From assembly GCF_020745735.1 (NCBI RefSeq), contig NW_026867498.1, positions 310,001 to 374,000 on the forward strand: a stretch of DNA of 64,000 nt, given 5' to 3'. Shown here in pieces: positions 34,177 to 48,400 of the stretch; within the stretch, counting starts at the first letter, position 1; the number at the start of each line of letters is the position of its first letter. The translations under genes were made by a program, and so were the position numbers. This stretch comes from Hemiscyllium ocellatum. Its lineage: Eukaryota. The notes under the pieces are model-generated. The model was not told the DNA's origin. It did no database searches and worked only from the letters and a program-made list of their open reading frames with translations.

Positions 34177-36565
34177 GTGCGCTCTCTCGTTCCCTCTTGC
34201 TCCCACTCGCTGCCCCCTCTCTCCCTCTCTCTCCCGCGCTCTCTCACTCCCTCCAGCTCGCTCTCGTTCCCAGCGCTCTCCCGCGCTCTCCTACTCTCCC
34301 CCTCTCTCTCCTGCTCTCTCCCACTCTCTCTCGCTCCTCCTCTGTCCCCCTCTCTCTCCCCTCTCTCCACCCTCTCTCCCCCGTTCTCTCACTCCCTCCA
34401 GCTCCCTCTCACTCCTCTTCTCTCGCCCTCTCTCCCCCCCACTCTCCCCCTCTCTCCCCTGCTCTCTCACTCCCACCAGTTCCCTCTCACTCTCCCCTCT
34501 CCTCCTCTCTCCCCCTTCTCTCCCCCTCTCTCTCACTCCCACCAGCTCCCTCTCGCTCCCCCCCTCTCTCCCCCTCTCTCCCCTGCTCTCTCACTCCCAC
34601 CAGTTCCCTCTCACTCTCCCCTCTCCTCCTCTCTCTCCCTCCTCTCTCACCCCTCCCCACTCTCTCACTCCCACCAGCTCCCTCTCGCTCCCCCCTCTCT
34701 CCCCCTCTCTGCCCCTCTCTCCCCCCCTCCCGCTCTCTCCTGTTCCCTCTCGCTCCTCCTCTCTCCCTCCTCTCTCACCCCTCCCCACACTCTCACTCCC
34801 ACTAGCTCCCTCTTGCTCCCCCCTCCCCCTCTCTCTCCCCCCCCCCTCCCGCTCTCTCTCCCGTTCCCTCTCTCACTCCCCTCTCCCCCTCTCTCCCCCC
34901 TCTCCCCCCTCTCTCCCCTTCTCTCCCCTTCTCTCCCCCCTCTCCCCTCTCTTCCCCTCTCTCCCCTCTCCCTCTCTCTCCCCGCTCTCTCCCATTCTCT
35001 CTCGCTCCTCCTCTTTCCCCCTCTCTCCCCCCTCTCCCCCCATCTCTCCACCACTCTCTCACTCCCACCAGCTCCCTCTCGCTCCCCCTCTCCCCCTCTC
35101 TCTCCCCCCCATCCCGCTCTCTCCCGTTCCCTCTCTCACTCCCTCTCCCCCTCTCTCCTCTCCCCCCTCTCTCCCCTCCCCCCCTCTCTCCCCTTCTCTC
35201 CCCCTCTCTCCTCTCCTCTTCCCCTCTCTCCCCCCTCTCTCCCCGCTCTCTCCCATTCTCTCTCGCTCCTCCTCTCTCCCGCTCTCTCCCCCCTCTCTCT
35301 CCCCTCCTCCCTCTCTGCCCCGGTCTCTCGCTCCCACTAGCCCCCTCTTGCTCCCCCCTCCCCTCTCTCCCCCCTTCTCTCACTCCCTCTCCCCCTCTCT
35401 TCCCCCTCTCTCCTACTCTCTCCCGTTCTCTCTTGCTCCTCCTCTCTCCCCCCTCCTCTCCCCCGTTCTCTCGCTCCTCCCTCTCCCCTCTCTCCCCTTC
35501 TCTTTCACTCCCACCAGCTCCCTCTCACTCCCTCTTTCTCCCCCTCTCTCCCCCCTCTCTCTCACTCCCTCCAGCTCCCTCTCCCCCTCTCTCCCCCCTC
35601 TCTCCCCTGCTCTTTCACTCCCACCAGCTCCCTCTCGCTCCCCCCCTCGCCCCCTCTCCCCACTCTCTGTCCCCTCTCTCCCCTCTCCCCCCGCTCTCAC
35701 TCCCACCAGCTCCCTCTCACTCCCTCTTTCTCCCCCTCTCTCCCCCCTCTCTCTCACTCCCTCCAGCTCCCTCTCGCTCCCCCCCTCGCCCCCTCTCTCC
35801 CACTCTCTGTCCCCTCTCTCCCCCTTTCTTCCCCCTCTCACCCCTCTCTCTCCCCTCTCCCCCGCTCTCACTCCCACCAGCTCCCTCTCACTCCCTCTTT
35901 CTCCCCCTCTCTCCCCCTCCCCTTTTGTCCCCCTCTCTCTCACTCCCTCCAGCTCCCTCTCGCTCCTCCCATGCTCCCTCTCTTCTCCCACTCTCCTCCT
36001 CTCTCCCCCTCTTTCCCCCTCTCTCCCCCTCACCCCCCCCACTCCCTTTCTCCNNNNNNNNNNNNNNNNNNNNNNNNNNNNNNNNNNNNNNNNNNNNNNN
36101 NNNNNNNNNNNNNNNNNNNNNNNNNNNNNNNNNNNNNNNNNNNNNNNNNNNNNNNNNNNNNNNNNNNNNNNNNNNNNNNNNNNNNNNNNNNNNNNNNNNN
36201 NNNNNNNNNNNNNNNNNNNNNNNNNNNNNNNNNNNNNNNNNNNNNNNNNNNNNNNNNNNNNNNNNNNNNNNNNNNTCTCTCTCCCACTCTTTTTCTCCTA
36301 CTCTCTCCCACGCTCTCTCTCCCATACTCTCTCTCTCCCACTCTCTCACTATCCCACTCTCTTTCCCACTCTCTACCATTCTCTCCCTCCCACTCTCTCT
36401 CCCTCCCACTCTCTCTCTCTCCCACTCTCTCTCGCTCTCCTGCAGTCTCCAACTCTCTCTCCCATGCGCTCTCTCTCTCCCGAAATTTCTCTCCCATTCT
36501 CCCACACTCGCTCTCTCGCTCTTGCTCTCTATCGCTCTCTCCCACTCTCACTCTCACTTGCTCAG
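34140..36565 (+). repeat. CT-rich polypyrimidine low-complexity region spanning the assembly gap
   Basis: Direct inspection; source of the 424-815 aa S/L/P pseudo-ORFs. Confidence 0.9.
36054..36275. other. Assembly gap (222 N)
   Basis: Run of N. Confidence 1.
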
Positions 36566-36569
36566 TCTG

Positions 36570-39345
36570 ACCCCTGACCCTGTTCCTGTCTGTGTGGCCT
36601 CTGACCCCGTTCCACTCTTCAGTGTCACCTCTGACCCCGTTCCACTCTCAGTGAGACCCCTGACCCTGTTCCACTCTCAGTGAGACCCCTGACCCTGTTC
36701 CACTCTCAGTGAGACCCCTGACCCTGTTCCACTCTCAGTGAGACCCCTTGAGCCTGTTCCTGTCTCAGTGTGTCCCCTGACCCCGTTCCTGTTTCAGCAT
36801 GACCCCTGACCCCGTTCCACTCTCTGTCTGTCCCCTGACCCTGTTCCAGTCTCAGTGTGACCCCTGACCCTTTTCCATTTTCAGCCTGTCACCTGACCTC
36901 GCTCCAGTCTCATTGTGACCCCGAAACCGTTCCAGTTTCAGTGTGACCCCTGACCCAGTTCCCATCTCAGTGGGACCCCTGACCCCGTTCCAGTCTCAGT
37001 CTGTCGCTTGACCCCGTGTCAGTCCCACTGTGACCTCTGTTCCAGTCTCAGTGTGTCCCCTGACCTCATTCCAGTCTCCGTGTGACCCCTGATCCTGTGT
37101 CAGTCCCAGTGTGACCCCTGGCCCTAGGTCAGTACTAATGTGACCGCTGACCCTGTGTCAGTCCCAGTGTGACCCCTGGCTCTGTGCCAGTTCCAGTATG
37201 ACCCCTGACCATGTGTCCATCTTAGTGTGTCACCTGACACCATTCCACTCTCAGTGAGACCCCTGATCCCGTTCCACTCTGTGTGACCCCTGACCCCGTT
37301 CCTGTCTCAGTCTGTCCCCTGATCCCGTTCCAGTCTCAGTGTGACCCCTGACCCCTTTCCATTTTCAGCCTGTCACCTGACCTCGCTCCAGTCTCAGTGT
37401 GACCCCGAAACCGTTCCAGTTTCAGTGTGACCCCTGACCCCGTTCCCATCTCAGTGTGTCCTCTGACCCCGTTCCAGTCTCAGTGTGACCCCTGACCCTG
37501 TTCCAATCTCAGTGTAACTCCTGACCCCATTCCAGTCTCAGTGTGTCCCCTGACCTCATTCCAGTCTCCATGTGACCCCTCACCCTGTGTCAGACCCATT
37601 GTGACCCCGGCTCTGTGCCAGTTCCAGTATGATCCCTGACCCTGTGTCCGTCTCAGTGTGTCACCCGACACCTTCCACTCTCAGTGAGACCCCTGACCCC
37701 GTTCCACTCTCAGTCTGTCCCCTGACTCTGTTCCAGTGTCAGTGTGACCCCTGACCCCGTTCCAGTCTCAGTGTGACCCCGTTCCAGTCTCAGTGTGACC
37801 CCTGACCCCGTTCCAGTCTCAGTGAGACCCCTGACCCCGTTCCCATCTCAGTGTGACCCCGACCCCTTTCCAGTCTCAGTGTGACCCCTGACCCCTTTCC
37901 AGTCTCAGTGTGACCCCTGACCCCGTCCCAGTCTCAGTGTCCCCCCCGACCCCGTTCCAGCCTCAGTGTGACCCCTGACCCCGTTGCAGTCTCAGTGTGA
38001 CCCCTGACCCCGTTCCACTCTGTCTGTCCCTTGACCCCGTTCCAGTTTCAGTGTGACCCCTGACCCCGTTCCACTCTCAGTCTGTCCCCTGACCCCGTTC
38101 CAGTCTCAGTGTGTCCCCTGACCCCGTTCCTGTTTCAGCGTGACCCCTGACCCCGTTCCAGTTTCAGTGTGACCCCTGACCCCGTTCCACTCTCAGTCTG
38201 TCTCCTGACCCCGTTCCAGTCTCAGTGTGTCCCCTGACCCCGTTCCAGTCTGTGTGTCCTCTGACCCCTTCCTGTTTCAGCGTGACCCCTGACCCCGTTC
38301 CAGTCTCAGTGTGTCCCCTGACCCCGTTCCAGTCTCAGTGTGTCCCCTGACCCCGTTCCTGTTTCAGCGTGACCCCTGACCCCGTTCCAGTTTCAGTGTG
38401 ACCCCTGACCCCGTTCCACTCTCAGTCTGTCCCCTGACCCCGTTCCAGTCTCAGTGTGTCCCCTGACCCCGTTCCAGTCTCAGTGTGTCCTCTGACCCCT
38501 TCCTGTTTCAGCGTGACCCCTGACCCCGTTCCAGTCTCAGTGTGACCCCTGACCCCGTTCCAGTCAGTGTGTCCCCTGACCCCGTTCCAGTCTCTGTGTG
38601 TCCCCTGACCCCGTTCCAGTCTCAGTGTGACCCCTGACCCCGTTCCAGTCTCAGCATGACCCCTGACCCCGTTCCAGTTTCAGTGTGACCCCTGACCCCG
38701 TTCCACTCTCAGTGTGTCCCCTGACCCCGTTCCTGTTTCAGCGTGACCCCTGACCCCGTTCCAGTCTCAGTGTGTCCCCTGACTCTGTTCCAGTCTCAGC
38801 GTGACCCCTGACCCCGTTCCAGTTTCAGTGCGACCCCTGATGCTGTGCCAGTCTCAGCGTGACCCCTGACCCCGTTCCAGTCTCAGTGTGTCCCTGACCC
38901 CGTTCCTGTTTCAGCGTGACCCCTGACCCCGTTCCAGTCTCAGTGTGTCCCCGACCCCGTTCCTGTTTCAGCATGACCCCTGACCCCGTTCCAGTCGCAG
39001 TGTGTCCCCTGACTCTGTTCCAGTCTCAGCGTGACCCCTGACCCGGTTCCAGTCTCAGCGTGACCCCTGACCCCGTTCCAGTCTCAGCGTGACCCCTGAG
39101 CCTGTTTCAGTCTCAGTGTGACCCCTGAGCCTGTGTCAGTTCCAGCGTGATCCCAGCCCTGTTCCAGTTATAGTGAGACCCTGTGCCAGTCCCAGTGTGA
39201 CCCCTGACCCAGTGCCAGTCTCAGTACGACCCCTGACGCTGTGTCAGTTGCAGTGTGACACCTGACCCAGTGCCAGTCCCAGTGTGACCCCTGACCCTGT
39301 GCCAGTCGCAGTGTGACCCCTCACCCTGTGCCAGTCCCACATGAC
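36570..39345 (+). repeat. 29-bp tandem satellite ctcagtgtgacccctgaccccgttccagt (about 95 units by length)
   Basis: Direct periodicity; homogeneous core at about 37700-39100 with diverged flanks. Confidence 0.95.
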
Positions 39346-39429
39346 CCAGCCTCCCCCAAAGGGTGTTCAGGCTGTACTGAGTCAATGTAGAGAATCTCAC
39401 ACACAGTGTGAGGGAGGGTGACGTACGGG

Positions 39430-42400
39430 GTTTGAATAATTTATTTCTCACACACGGGGGGCAGTGTGTCTGAATACATTATTTATTAATCACGGAGGGG
39501 GCAGTGTGTCTGAATAATTTATTTCTCACACGGGGGCAGTGTGTCTGAATAATTTTTTTCTCAAACATTGGGGCCAGTCTGTCTGAATAATTTATTTCTC
39601 ACACAGAGGGGGCAGTGTGTCTGAATAATTTATTTCTCACTCACGGGGGGGCAGTGTGTCTGAATAATTTATTTCTCACACACGGGGGGCAGTGTGTCTC
39701 AATAATTTAGTTCTCGCACACGGTGGGGTCAGTGTGTCTGAATAATTTATTTCTCACTCATGGGGGGGCAGTGTGTCTGAATAATTTATTTCTCACACGG
39801 GGGGGGTAGTGTGTCTGAATAATTTATTTCTCACACACGGGGGTGCAGTGTGTCTGAATAATTTATTTCTCACACGGGGGGCAGTGTGTCTGAATAATTT
39901 ATTTCTCACACGGGGGGGGGTAGTGTGTCTGAATAATTTATTTCTCACACACGGGGGTGCAGTGTGTCTGAATAATTTATTTCTCACACGGGGGGGCAGT
40001 GTGTCTGAATAATTTATTTCTCACACACGGAGGGGGCAGTGTGTCTGAATAATTTATTTCTCACTCATGGGGGGGCAGTGTGTCTGAATAATTTATTTCT
40101 CACACGGGGGCAGTGTGTCTGAATAATTTATTTCGCACACACGGGGGTCATTGTGTATGAATAATTTATTTCTCACACACGGGGGGCAGTGTGTCTCAAT
40201 AATTTAGTTCTCACACACAGGGGGGGTCAGTGTGTCTGAATAATTTATTTCTCGCACACGGTGGGGTCAGTGTGTCTGAATAATTTATTTCTCACACACG
40301 GGGGGTCAGTGTGTCTGAATAATATCTTTCTCACACACGGGGGGGCAGTGTGTCTGAATAATTTATTTCTGACAGACAGGAGGGGCAGTGTGTCTGAATA
40401 ATTTATTTCTCATTCACGGGGGGCAGTGTGACTGAATAATTTATTTCTCACACGGGGGGTCAGTGTGTCTGAATAATTTATTTCTCACACACGGGGGGGC
40501 AGTGTGTCTGAATAATTTATTTCTCACTCACGGGGGGGCAGTGTGACTGAATAATTTATTTCTCACACACACGGTGGGTCAGTGTGTCTGAATAATTTAT
40601 TTCTCACATACACGGGGGGTCAGTGTGTCTGAATAATTTATTTCTCACACACGGGGGTGCAGTATGTCTGAATAATTTATTTCTCACACACGGGGGTGCA
40701 GTGTGTCTGAATAATTTATTTCTCACACATGGAGGGGCAGTGTGTCTGAATAATTTATTTCTCACACACGGGGGCAGTGTGTCTGAATAATTTATTTCTC
40801 ACACGGGGGGCAGTGTGTCTGAATAATTTATTTCTCACACGGGGGCAGTGTGTCTGAATAATTTTTTTCTCAAACATTGGGGTCAGTGTGTCTGAATAAT
40901 TTATTTCTCACACGGGGGGGCCAGTGTCTGAATAATTTATTTCTCACACGGGGGGCAGTGTGACTGAATAATTTATTTCTCACACACGGGGGTTAGTGTG
41001 TCTGAATAATTTATTTCTCACACGGGGGCAGTGTGTCTGAATAATTTATTTCTCACACACGGGGGTGTCAGTGTGTCTGAATAATTTATTTCTAACACAC
41101 AGGGGGCCAGTGTCTGAATAATTTATTTGTCACACGGGGGGGGGGGGTAGTGTGTCTGAATAATTTATTTCTCACACAGAGGGGGCAGTGTGTCTGAATA
41201 ATTTATTTCTCACTCACGGGGGGGCAGTGTGTCTGAATAATTTATTTCTCACACGGGGGCAGTGTGTCTGAATAATTTATTTCTCATACACGGGGGGCAG
41301 TCTGTCTGAATAATTTATTTCTCACACGGGGGGCAGTGTGTCTGAATAATTTATTTCTCACACACGGGGGGCAGTGTGTCTCAATAATTTAGTTCTCGCA
41401 CACGGTGGGGTCAGTGTGTCTGAATAATTTATTTCTCACACACGGGGGTGTCAGTGTGTCTGAATAATTTATTTCTAACACACAGGGGGCCAGTGTCTGA
41501 ATAATTTATTTCTCACACGGGGGGGGGTAGTGTGTCTGAATAATTTATTTCTCACACACGGGGGTGCAGTGTGTCTGAATAATTTATTTCTCACACGGGG
41601 GGGCAGTGTGTCTGAATAATTTATTTCTCACACACGGAGGGGGCAGTGTGTCTGAATAATTTATTTCTCACTCATGGGGGGGCAGTGTGTCTGAATAATT
41701 GATTTCTCACACGGGGGGCAGTGTGTCTGAATAATTTATTTCGCACACACGGGGGTCATTGTGTATGAATAATTTATTTCTCACACACGGGGGGCAGTGT
41801 GTCTCAATAATTTAGTTCTCACACACAGGGGGGGTCAGTGTGTCTGAATAATTTATTTCTCACACACGGGGGGTCAGTGTGTCTGAATAATATCTTTCTC
41901 ACACACGGGGGGGCAGTGTGTCTGAATAATTTATTTCTGACAGACAGGAGGGGCAGTGTGTCTGAATAATTTATTTCTCATTCACGGGGGGCAGTGTGAC
42001 TGAATAATTTATTTCTCACACGGGGGGTCAGTGTGTCTGAATAATTTATTTCTCACACACGGGGGTCAGCGTGTCTGAATAGTTTATTTCTCACACACGA
42101 GGGGGCAGTGTGTCTGAATAATTTATTTCTCACTCACGGGGGGGCAGTGTGACTGAATAATTTATTTCTCACACACACGGTGGGTCAGTGTGTCTGAATA
42201 ATTTATTTCTCACATACACGGGGGGTCAGTGTGTCTGAATAATTTATTTCTCACACACGGGGGTGCAGTATGTCTGAATAATTTATTTCTCACACACGGG
42301 GGTGCAGTGTGTCTGAATAATTTATTTCTCACACATGGAGGGGCAGTGTGTCTGAATAATTTATTTCTCACACACGGGGGTGCAGTGTGTCTGAATAATT

Positions 42401-45400
42401 TATTTCTCACACATGGGGGGGCAGTGTGTCTGAATAATTTATTTCTCACACGGGGGGCAGTGTGTCTGAATAATATCTTTCTCACACACACGGCGGGGTC
42501 AGTGTGTCTGAATAATTTATTTCTCACACACGGGGGTCAGTGTGTCTGAATAATTTATTTCTCACACACGAGGGGGCAGTGTGTCTGAATAATTTATTTC
42601 TCACACACGGGGGTGTCAGTGTGTCTGAATAATTTATTTCTAAAACACAGGGGGCCAGTGTCTGAATAATTTATTTCTCACACGGGGGTCAGTGTGTCTG
42701 AATAATTTATTTCTCACACATGGAGGGGGCAGTGTGTCTGAATAATGTATTTCTCACACGAGGGGGCAGTGTGTCTGAATAATTTATTTCTCACTCACGG
42801 GGGGGCAGTGTGACTGAATAATTTATTTCTCACAGATGGGGGGGTCAGTGTGTCTGAATATTTTATTTCTCACACACGGGAGGGCAGTGTGTCTGAATAA
42901 TTTATTTCTCACTCACGGGGGGGCAGTGTGACTGAGTAATTTATTTCTCACACACACGGGGGGTCAGTGTGTCTGAATAATTTATTTCTCACTCACGGGG
43001 GGGCAGTGTGTCTGAATAATTTATTTCTCACACACACGGGGGTCAGTGTGTCTGAATATTTTATTTCTCACTCACGGGAGGGCAGTGTGTCTGAATAATT
43101 TTTTTCTCACTCACGGGGGGGCAGTGTGACTGAGTAATTTATTTCTCACACACACGGGGGGTCAGTGTGTCTGAATAATTTATTTCTCACATACACAGGG
43201 GGTCAGTGTGTCTGAATAATTTATTTCTCACATACACGGGGGTGCAGTGTGTCTGAATAATTTATTTCTCACACTCGGGGTTCAGTGTGTCTGAATAATT
43301 TATTTCTCACACATGGCGGGGCAGTGTGTCTGAATAATTTATTTCTCACTCACGGGGGGGCAGTGTGACTGAGTAATTTATTTCTCACACACGGGGGGTC
43401 AGTGTGTCTGAATAATTTATTTCTCATGCACGCGGGGCAGTCTGTCTGAATAATTTATTTCTCACACGGGGGGCAGTGTGTCTGAATAATTTTTTTCTCA
43501 CATACACAGGGGGTCAGTGTGTCTGAAAATTTTTTTCTCACATACACGGGGGTGCAGTGTGTCTGAATAATTTATTTCTCACACACGGGGGTCAGTGTGA
43601 CTGAGTAATTTATTTCTCACTCACGGGGGGGCAGTGTGACTGAGTAATTTATTTCTCACACACACGGGGGGTCAGTGTGTCTGAATATTTTATTTCTGAC
43701 TCACGGGAGGGCAGTGTGTCAGAATAATTTATTTCTCACACACAGTGGGGCAGTGTGTCTGAATAATTTATTTCTCATACACGGGGGGGCAATGTGTCTG
43801 AATAATTTATTTCTCACACATGGGGGTGGCAGTGTGTCTGAATAATTTATTTCTCACACACAGGGGGCAGTGTGACTGAATAATTTATGTCTCACGCACG
43901 GGGGGCAGTGTGTCTGAATAATTTATTTCTCACTCATAGGGGGTCAGTGTGTCTGAATAATCTATTTCTCACACAGTGGGGGGGCAGTGTGTCTCAATAA
44001 TTTATTTCTCACACACCGAAGGGGGGTCAGTGTGTCTGAATAATTTATTTCTCACACACCGGGGGAGGGGGGCAGTGTGTCTGAATAATTTATTTCTCAC
44101 ACACCGGGGGCAGTGTGTCTGAATAATTTATTTTTCACACATGGGGGTCAGTGTGTCTGAATTATATTTTTCTCAAACATGGGGGGCAGTGTGTCTGAAT
44201 AATTTAGTTCTCACACGGGGAGGCAGTTTGTCTGAATAATTTATTTCTCACACACGAGGGGTCAGTGTGTCTGAATAATTTATTTCTCACACACGGGGAG
44301 GGCAGTGTGTCTGAATAATTTATTTCTCATACACGGGGGCCAGTGTGTCTGAATAATTTATTTCTCATACACGGGGTCCAGTGTGTCTGAATAATTTATT
44401 TCTCATACACCGGGGCCAGTGTGTCTGAATAATTTATTTCTCACACACAGGGCGTCAGTGTGTCTGAATAATTAATTTCTCACACACGGGGGTCAGTGTG
44501 TCTGAATAATTTATTTCTCACTCACGGGGGGTCGTTGTGTCTGAATAATTTATTTCTCACACACGGGGGTGCAGTGTGTCTGAATAATTTATTTCTCACA
44601 CACAGCGGGGGCAGTGTGTCTGAATAATTTATTTCTCACACACGGGGGGCAGGGTGTCTGAGTAATTTATTTCTCACACACCGGGGCAGTGTGTCTGAAT
44701 AATTTATTTCTCACACACGGGGGGCAGTGTGTCTGAATAATCCATTTCTCACACACGGGGGGCAGTGTGTCTGAATAATTTATTTCTCACACACCGGGGC
44801 AGTGTGTCTGAATAATCTATTTCTCACACACGGGGGGCAGTGTGTCTGAATAATTTATTACTCACACATGGGGGCAATGTGTCTGAATAATTTATTACTC
44901 ACACATGGGGGGCAGTCTGTCTGAATAATTTATTTCTCGCGCACGGGGGTCAGTGTGTCTGAATAATTTATTTCTCACACACGGGGGGGACAGTGTGTCT
45001 GAATAATTTATTTCTCACACACGGCGGGGCAGTGTGTCTGAATAATTTATTTCTCACACACGGGGTCAGTGTGTCTGAATAATTTATTTCTCACACACGG
45101 GGGGCAGTGTGTATAAATAATTTATTTCTCACACACGGGGTCAGTGTGTCTGAATAATTTATTTCTCACACACGGGGGGCAGTGTGTATAAATAATTTAT
45201 TTCTCACACACGGGGGCAGTGTGTCTGAATAATTTATTTTTCACACACGGGGGGGCAGTGTGTCTGAATAATGTATTTCTTACACATGGGGGGGCAGTCT
45301 GTCCGAATAATTTATTTCTCACACACCGGGGGCAGTGTTTCTGAATAATTTATTACTCACATATGGGGGGGCAGTGTGTCTGAATAATATATTTCTCACA

Positions 45401-48400
45401 CACGGGGACAGTGTGTCTGAATAATTTATTTCTCACACACGGGGGGGTTCAGTGTGTCTGAATAATTTATTTCTCACACACGGGGAGGGCAGTGTGTCTG
45501 AATAATTTATTTCTCACACACCGGGGGCAGTGTGTCTGAATAATTTATTTCTCACACACGGGGGCATTGTGTCTGAATAATTTATTTCTCACACACGGGG
45601 GGGTCAGTGTGTCTGAATAATTTATTTCTCACACACTGACGGGGGGGCAGTGTGTCTGAATAATTTATTTTTCACACATGGGGGTCAGTGTGTCTGAATT
45701 ATATTTTTCTCAAACATGGGGGGCAGTGTGTCTGAATAATTTAGTTCTCACACGGGGAGGCAGTTTGTCTGAATAATTTATTTCTCACACACGAGGGGTC
45801 AGTGTGTCTGAATAATTTATTTCTCACACACGGGGAGGGCAGTGTGTCTGAATAATTTATTTCTCATACACGGGGGCCAGTGTGTCTGAATAATTTATTT
45901 CTCATACACGGGGTCCAGTGTGTCTGAATAATTTATTTCTCATACACCGGGGCCAGTGTGTCTGAATAATTTATTTCTCACACACAGGGCGTCAGTGTGT
46001 CTGAATAATTAATTTCTCACACACGGGGGTCAGTGTGTCTGAATAATTTATTTCTCACTCACGGGGGGTCATTGTGTCTGAATAATTTATTTCTCACACA
46101 CGGGGGTGCAGTGTGTCTGAATAATTTATTTCTCACACACAGCGGGGGCAGTGTGTCTGAATAATTTATTTCTCACACACGGGGGGCAGGGTGTCTGAGT
46201 AATTTATTTCTCACACACCGGGGGCAGTGTGTCTGAATAATTTATTTCTCACACACGGGGGGCAGTGTGTCTGAATAATCTATTTCTCACACACGGGGGG
46301 CAGTGTGTCTGAATAATTTATTTCTCACACACCGGGGCAGTGTGTCTGAATAATCTATTTCTCACACACGGGGGGCAGTGTGTCTGAATAATTTATTACT
46401 CACACACGGGGGCAATGTGTCTGAATAATTTATTACTCACACATGGGGGGCAGTCTGTCTGAATAATTTATTTCTCGCGCACGGGGGTCAGTGTGTCTGA
46501 ATAATTTATTTCTCACACACGGGGGGGACAGTGTGTCTGAATAATTTATTTCTCACACACGGCGGGGCAGTGTGTCTGAATAATTTATTTCTCACACACG
46601 GTGGGGGCAGTGTGCCTGAATAATTTATTTCTCACACACGGGGTCAGTGTGTCTGAATAATTTATTTCTCACACACGGGGGGCAGTGTGTATAAATAATT
46701 TATTTCTCACACACGGGGGCCAGTGTGTCTGAATAATTTATTTTTCACACACGGGGGGGCAGTGTGTCTGAATAATGTATTTCTTACACATGGGGGGGCA
46801 GTCTGTCCGAATAATTTATTTCTCACACACGGGGGGTCAGTGTGTCGGAATGATTTATTTCTCACACACGGGGGGGACAGTGTGTCTGAATAATTTATTT
46901 CTCACACACGGGGGGGACAGTGTGTCTGAATAATTTATTTCTCACACACGGGGGGGCAGTGTGTCTGAATAATTTATTTCTCACACACGGTGGGGGCAGT
47001 GTGTCTGAATAATGTATTTCTCATACACGGTGGTGTAGTGTGTCTGAATAATTTATTTCTCACTCACGAGGGCAGTGTGCCTGAATAATTTATTTCTCAC
47101 ACATGGGGTCAGTGTGTCTGAATAATTTATTTCTCACACACGGGGGGGCAGTGTGCCTGAATAATTTATTTCTCACACACGGGATCAGTGTGTCTGAATA
47201 ATTTATTTCTCACACACAAGGGGGCAGTGTGTCTGAATAATTTATTTCTCACACACGGGGGGCAGTGTGTATAAATAATTTATTTCTCACACACGGGGGC
47301 CAGTGTGTCTGAATAATTTATTTTTCACACACGGGGGGGCAGTGTGTCTGAATAATGTATTTCTTACACATGGGGGGGCAGTCTGTCCGAATAATTTATT
47401 TCTCACACACGGGGGGTCAGTGTGTCGGAATGATTTATTTCTCACACACGGAGGGGCAGTGTGTCTGAATAATTTATTTCTCACACACGGGGGGGCAGTG
47501 TGTCAGAATAATTTTTTTCTCACTCACGGAGGGGCAGTGTGTCTGAATAATTTATTTCTCACACACGGGGGGGCAGTGTGTCTGAATAATTTATTTCTCA
47601 CACACCGGGGGCAGTGTGTCTGAATAATTCTTTTCTCACTCACGGAGGGGTGAGTGTGTCTGAATAATTTATTTCTCACACACGGTGGGGCAGTGTGTCC
47701 GAGTAATTTATTTCACACACACGGGGGGGGCAGTGTGTCTGAATAATTTATTTCTCACACACAGTGGGGCAGTGTGTCTGAATAATTTATTTCTCATACA
47801 CGGGGGGGCAATGTGTCTGAGTAATTTATTTCTCACACATGGGGTGGCAGTGTGTCTGAATAATTTATTTCTCACACACAGGGGGCAGTGTGACTGAATA
47901 ATTTATGTCTCACGCACGGGGGGGCAGTGTGTCTGAATAATTTATTTCTCACTCATAGGGGGTCAGTGTGTCTGAATAATCTATTTCTCACACAGTGGGG
48001 GGGCAGTGTGTCTCAATAATTTATTTCTCACACACCGAAGGGGGGTCAGTGTATCTGAATAATTTATTTCTCACACACCGGGGGAGGGGGGCAGTGTGTC
48101 TGAATAATTTATTTCTCACACACGAGGGCATTGTGTCTGAATAATTTATTTCTCACACACGGGGGGGTCAGTGTGTCTGAATAATTTATTTCTCACACAC
48201 TGACGGGGGGGCAGTGTGTCTGAATAATTTATTTTTCACACACGGGGGGCACTGTGTCTGAATAATTTATTTCTCACTCACGGGGGGGCAGTGTGTCTGA
48301 ATAATTTATTTCTCACACACGGGGGTCAGTGTGACTGAATAATTTCTTTCTCACACACGGGGGGCAGTGTATCTGAATAATTTATTTCTCACACACGGGG

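Noticed and set aside
30110-36683. Very long ORFs (416-815 aa) rich in P/S/L/H/T, and R/E/G-rich ORFs on the minus strand
   Set aside because: C/T-rich low-complexity DNA lacks stop codons; ORFs exist in several frames and some cross an N gap.
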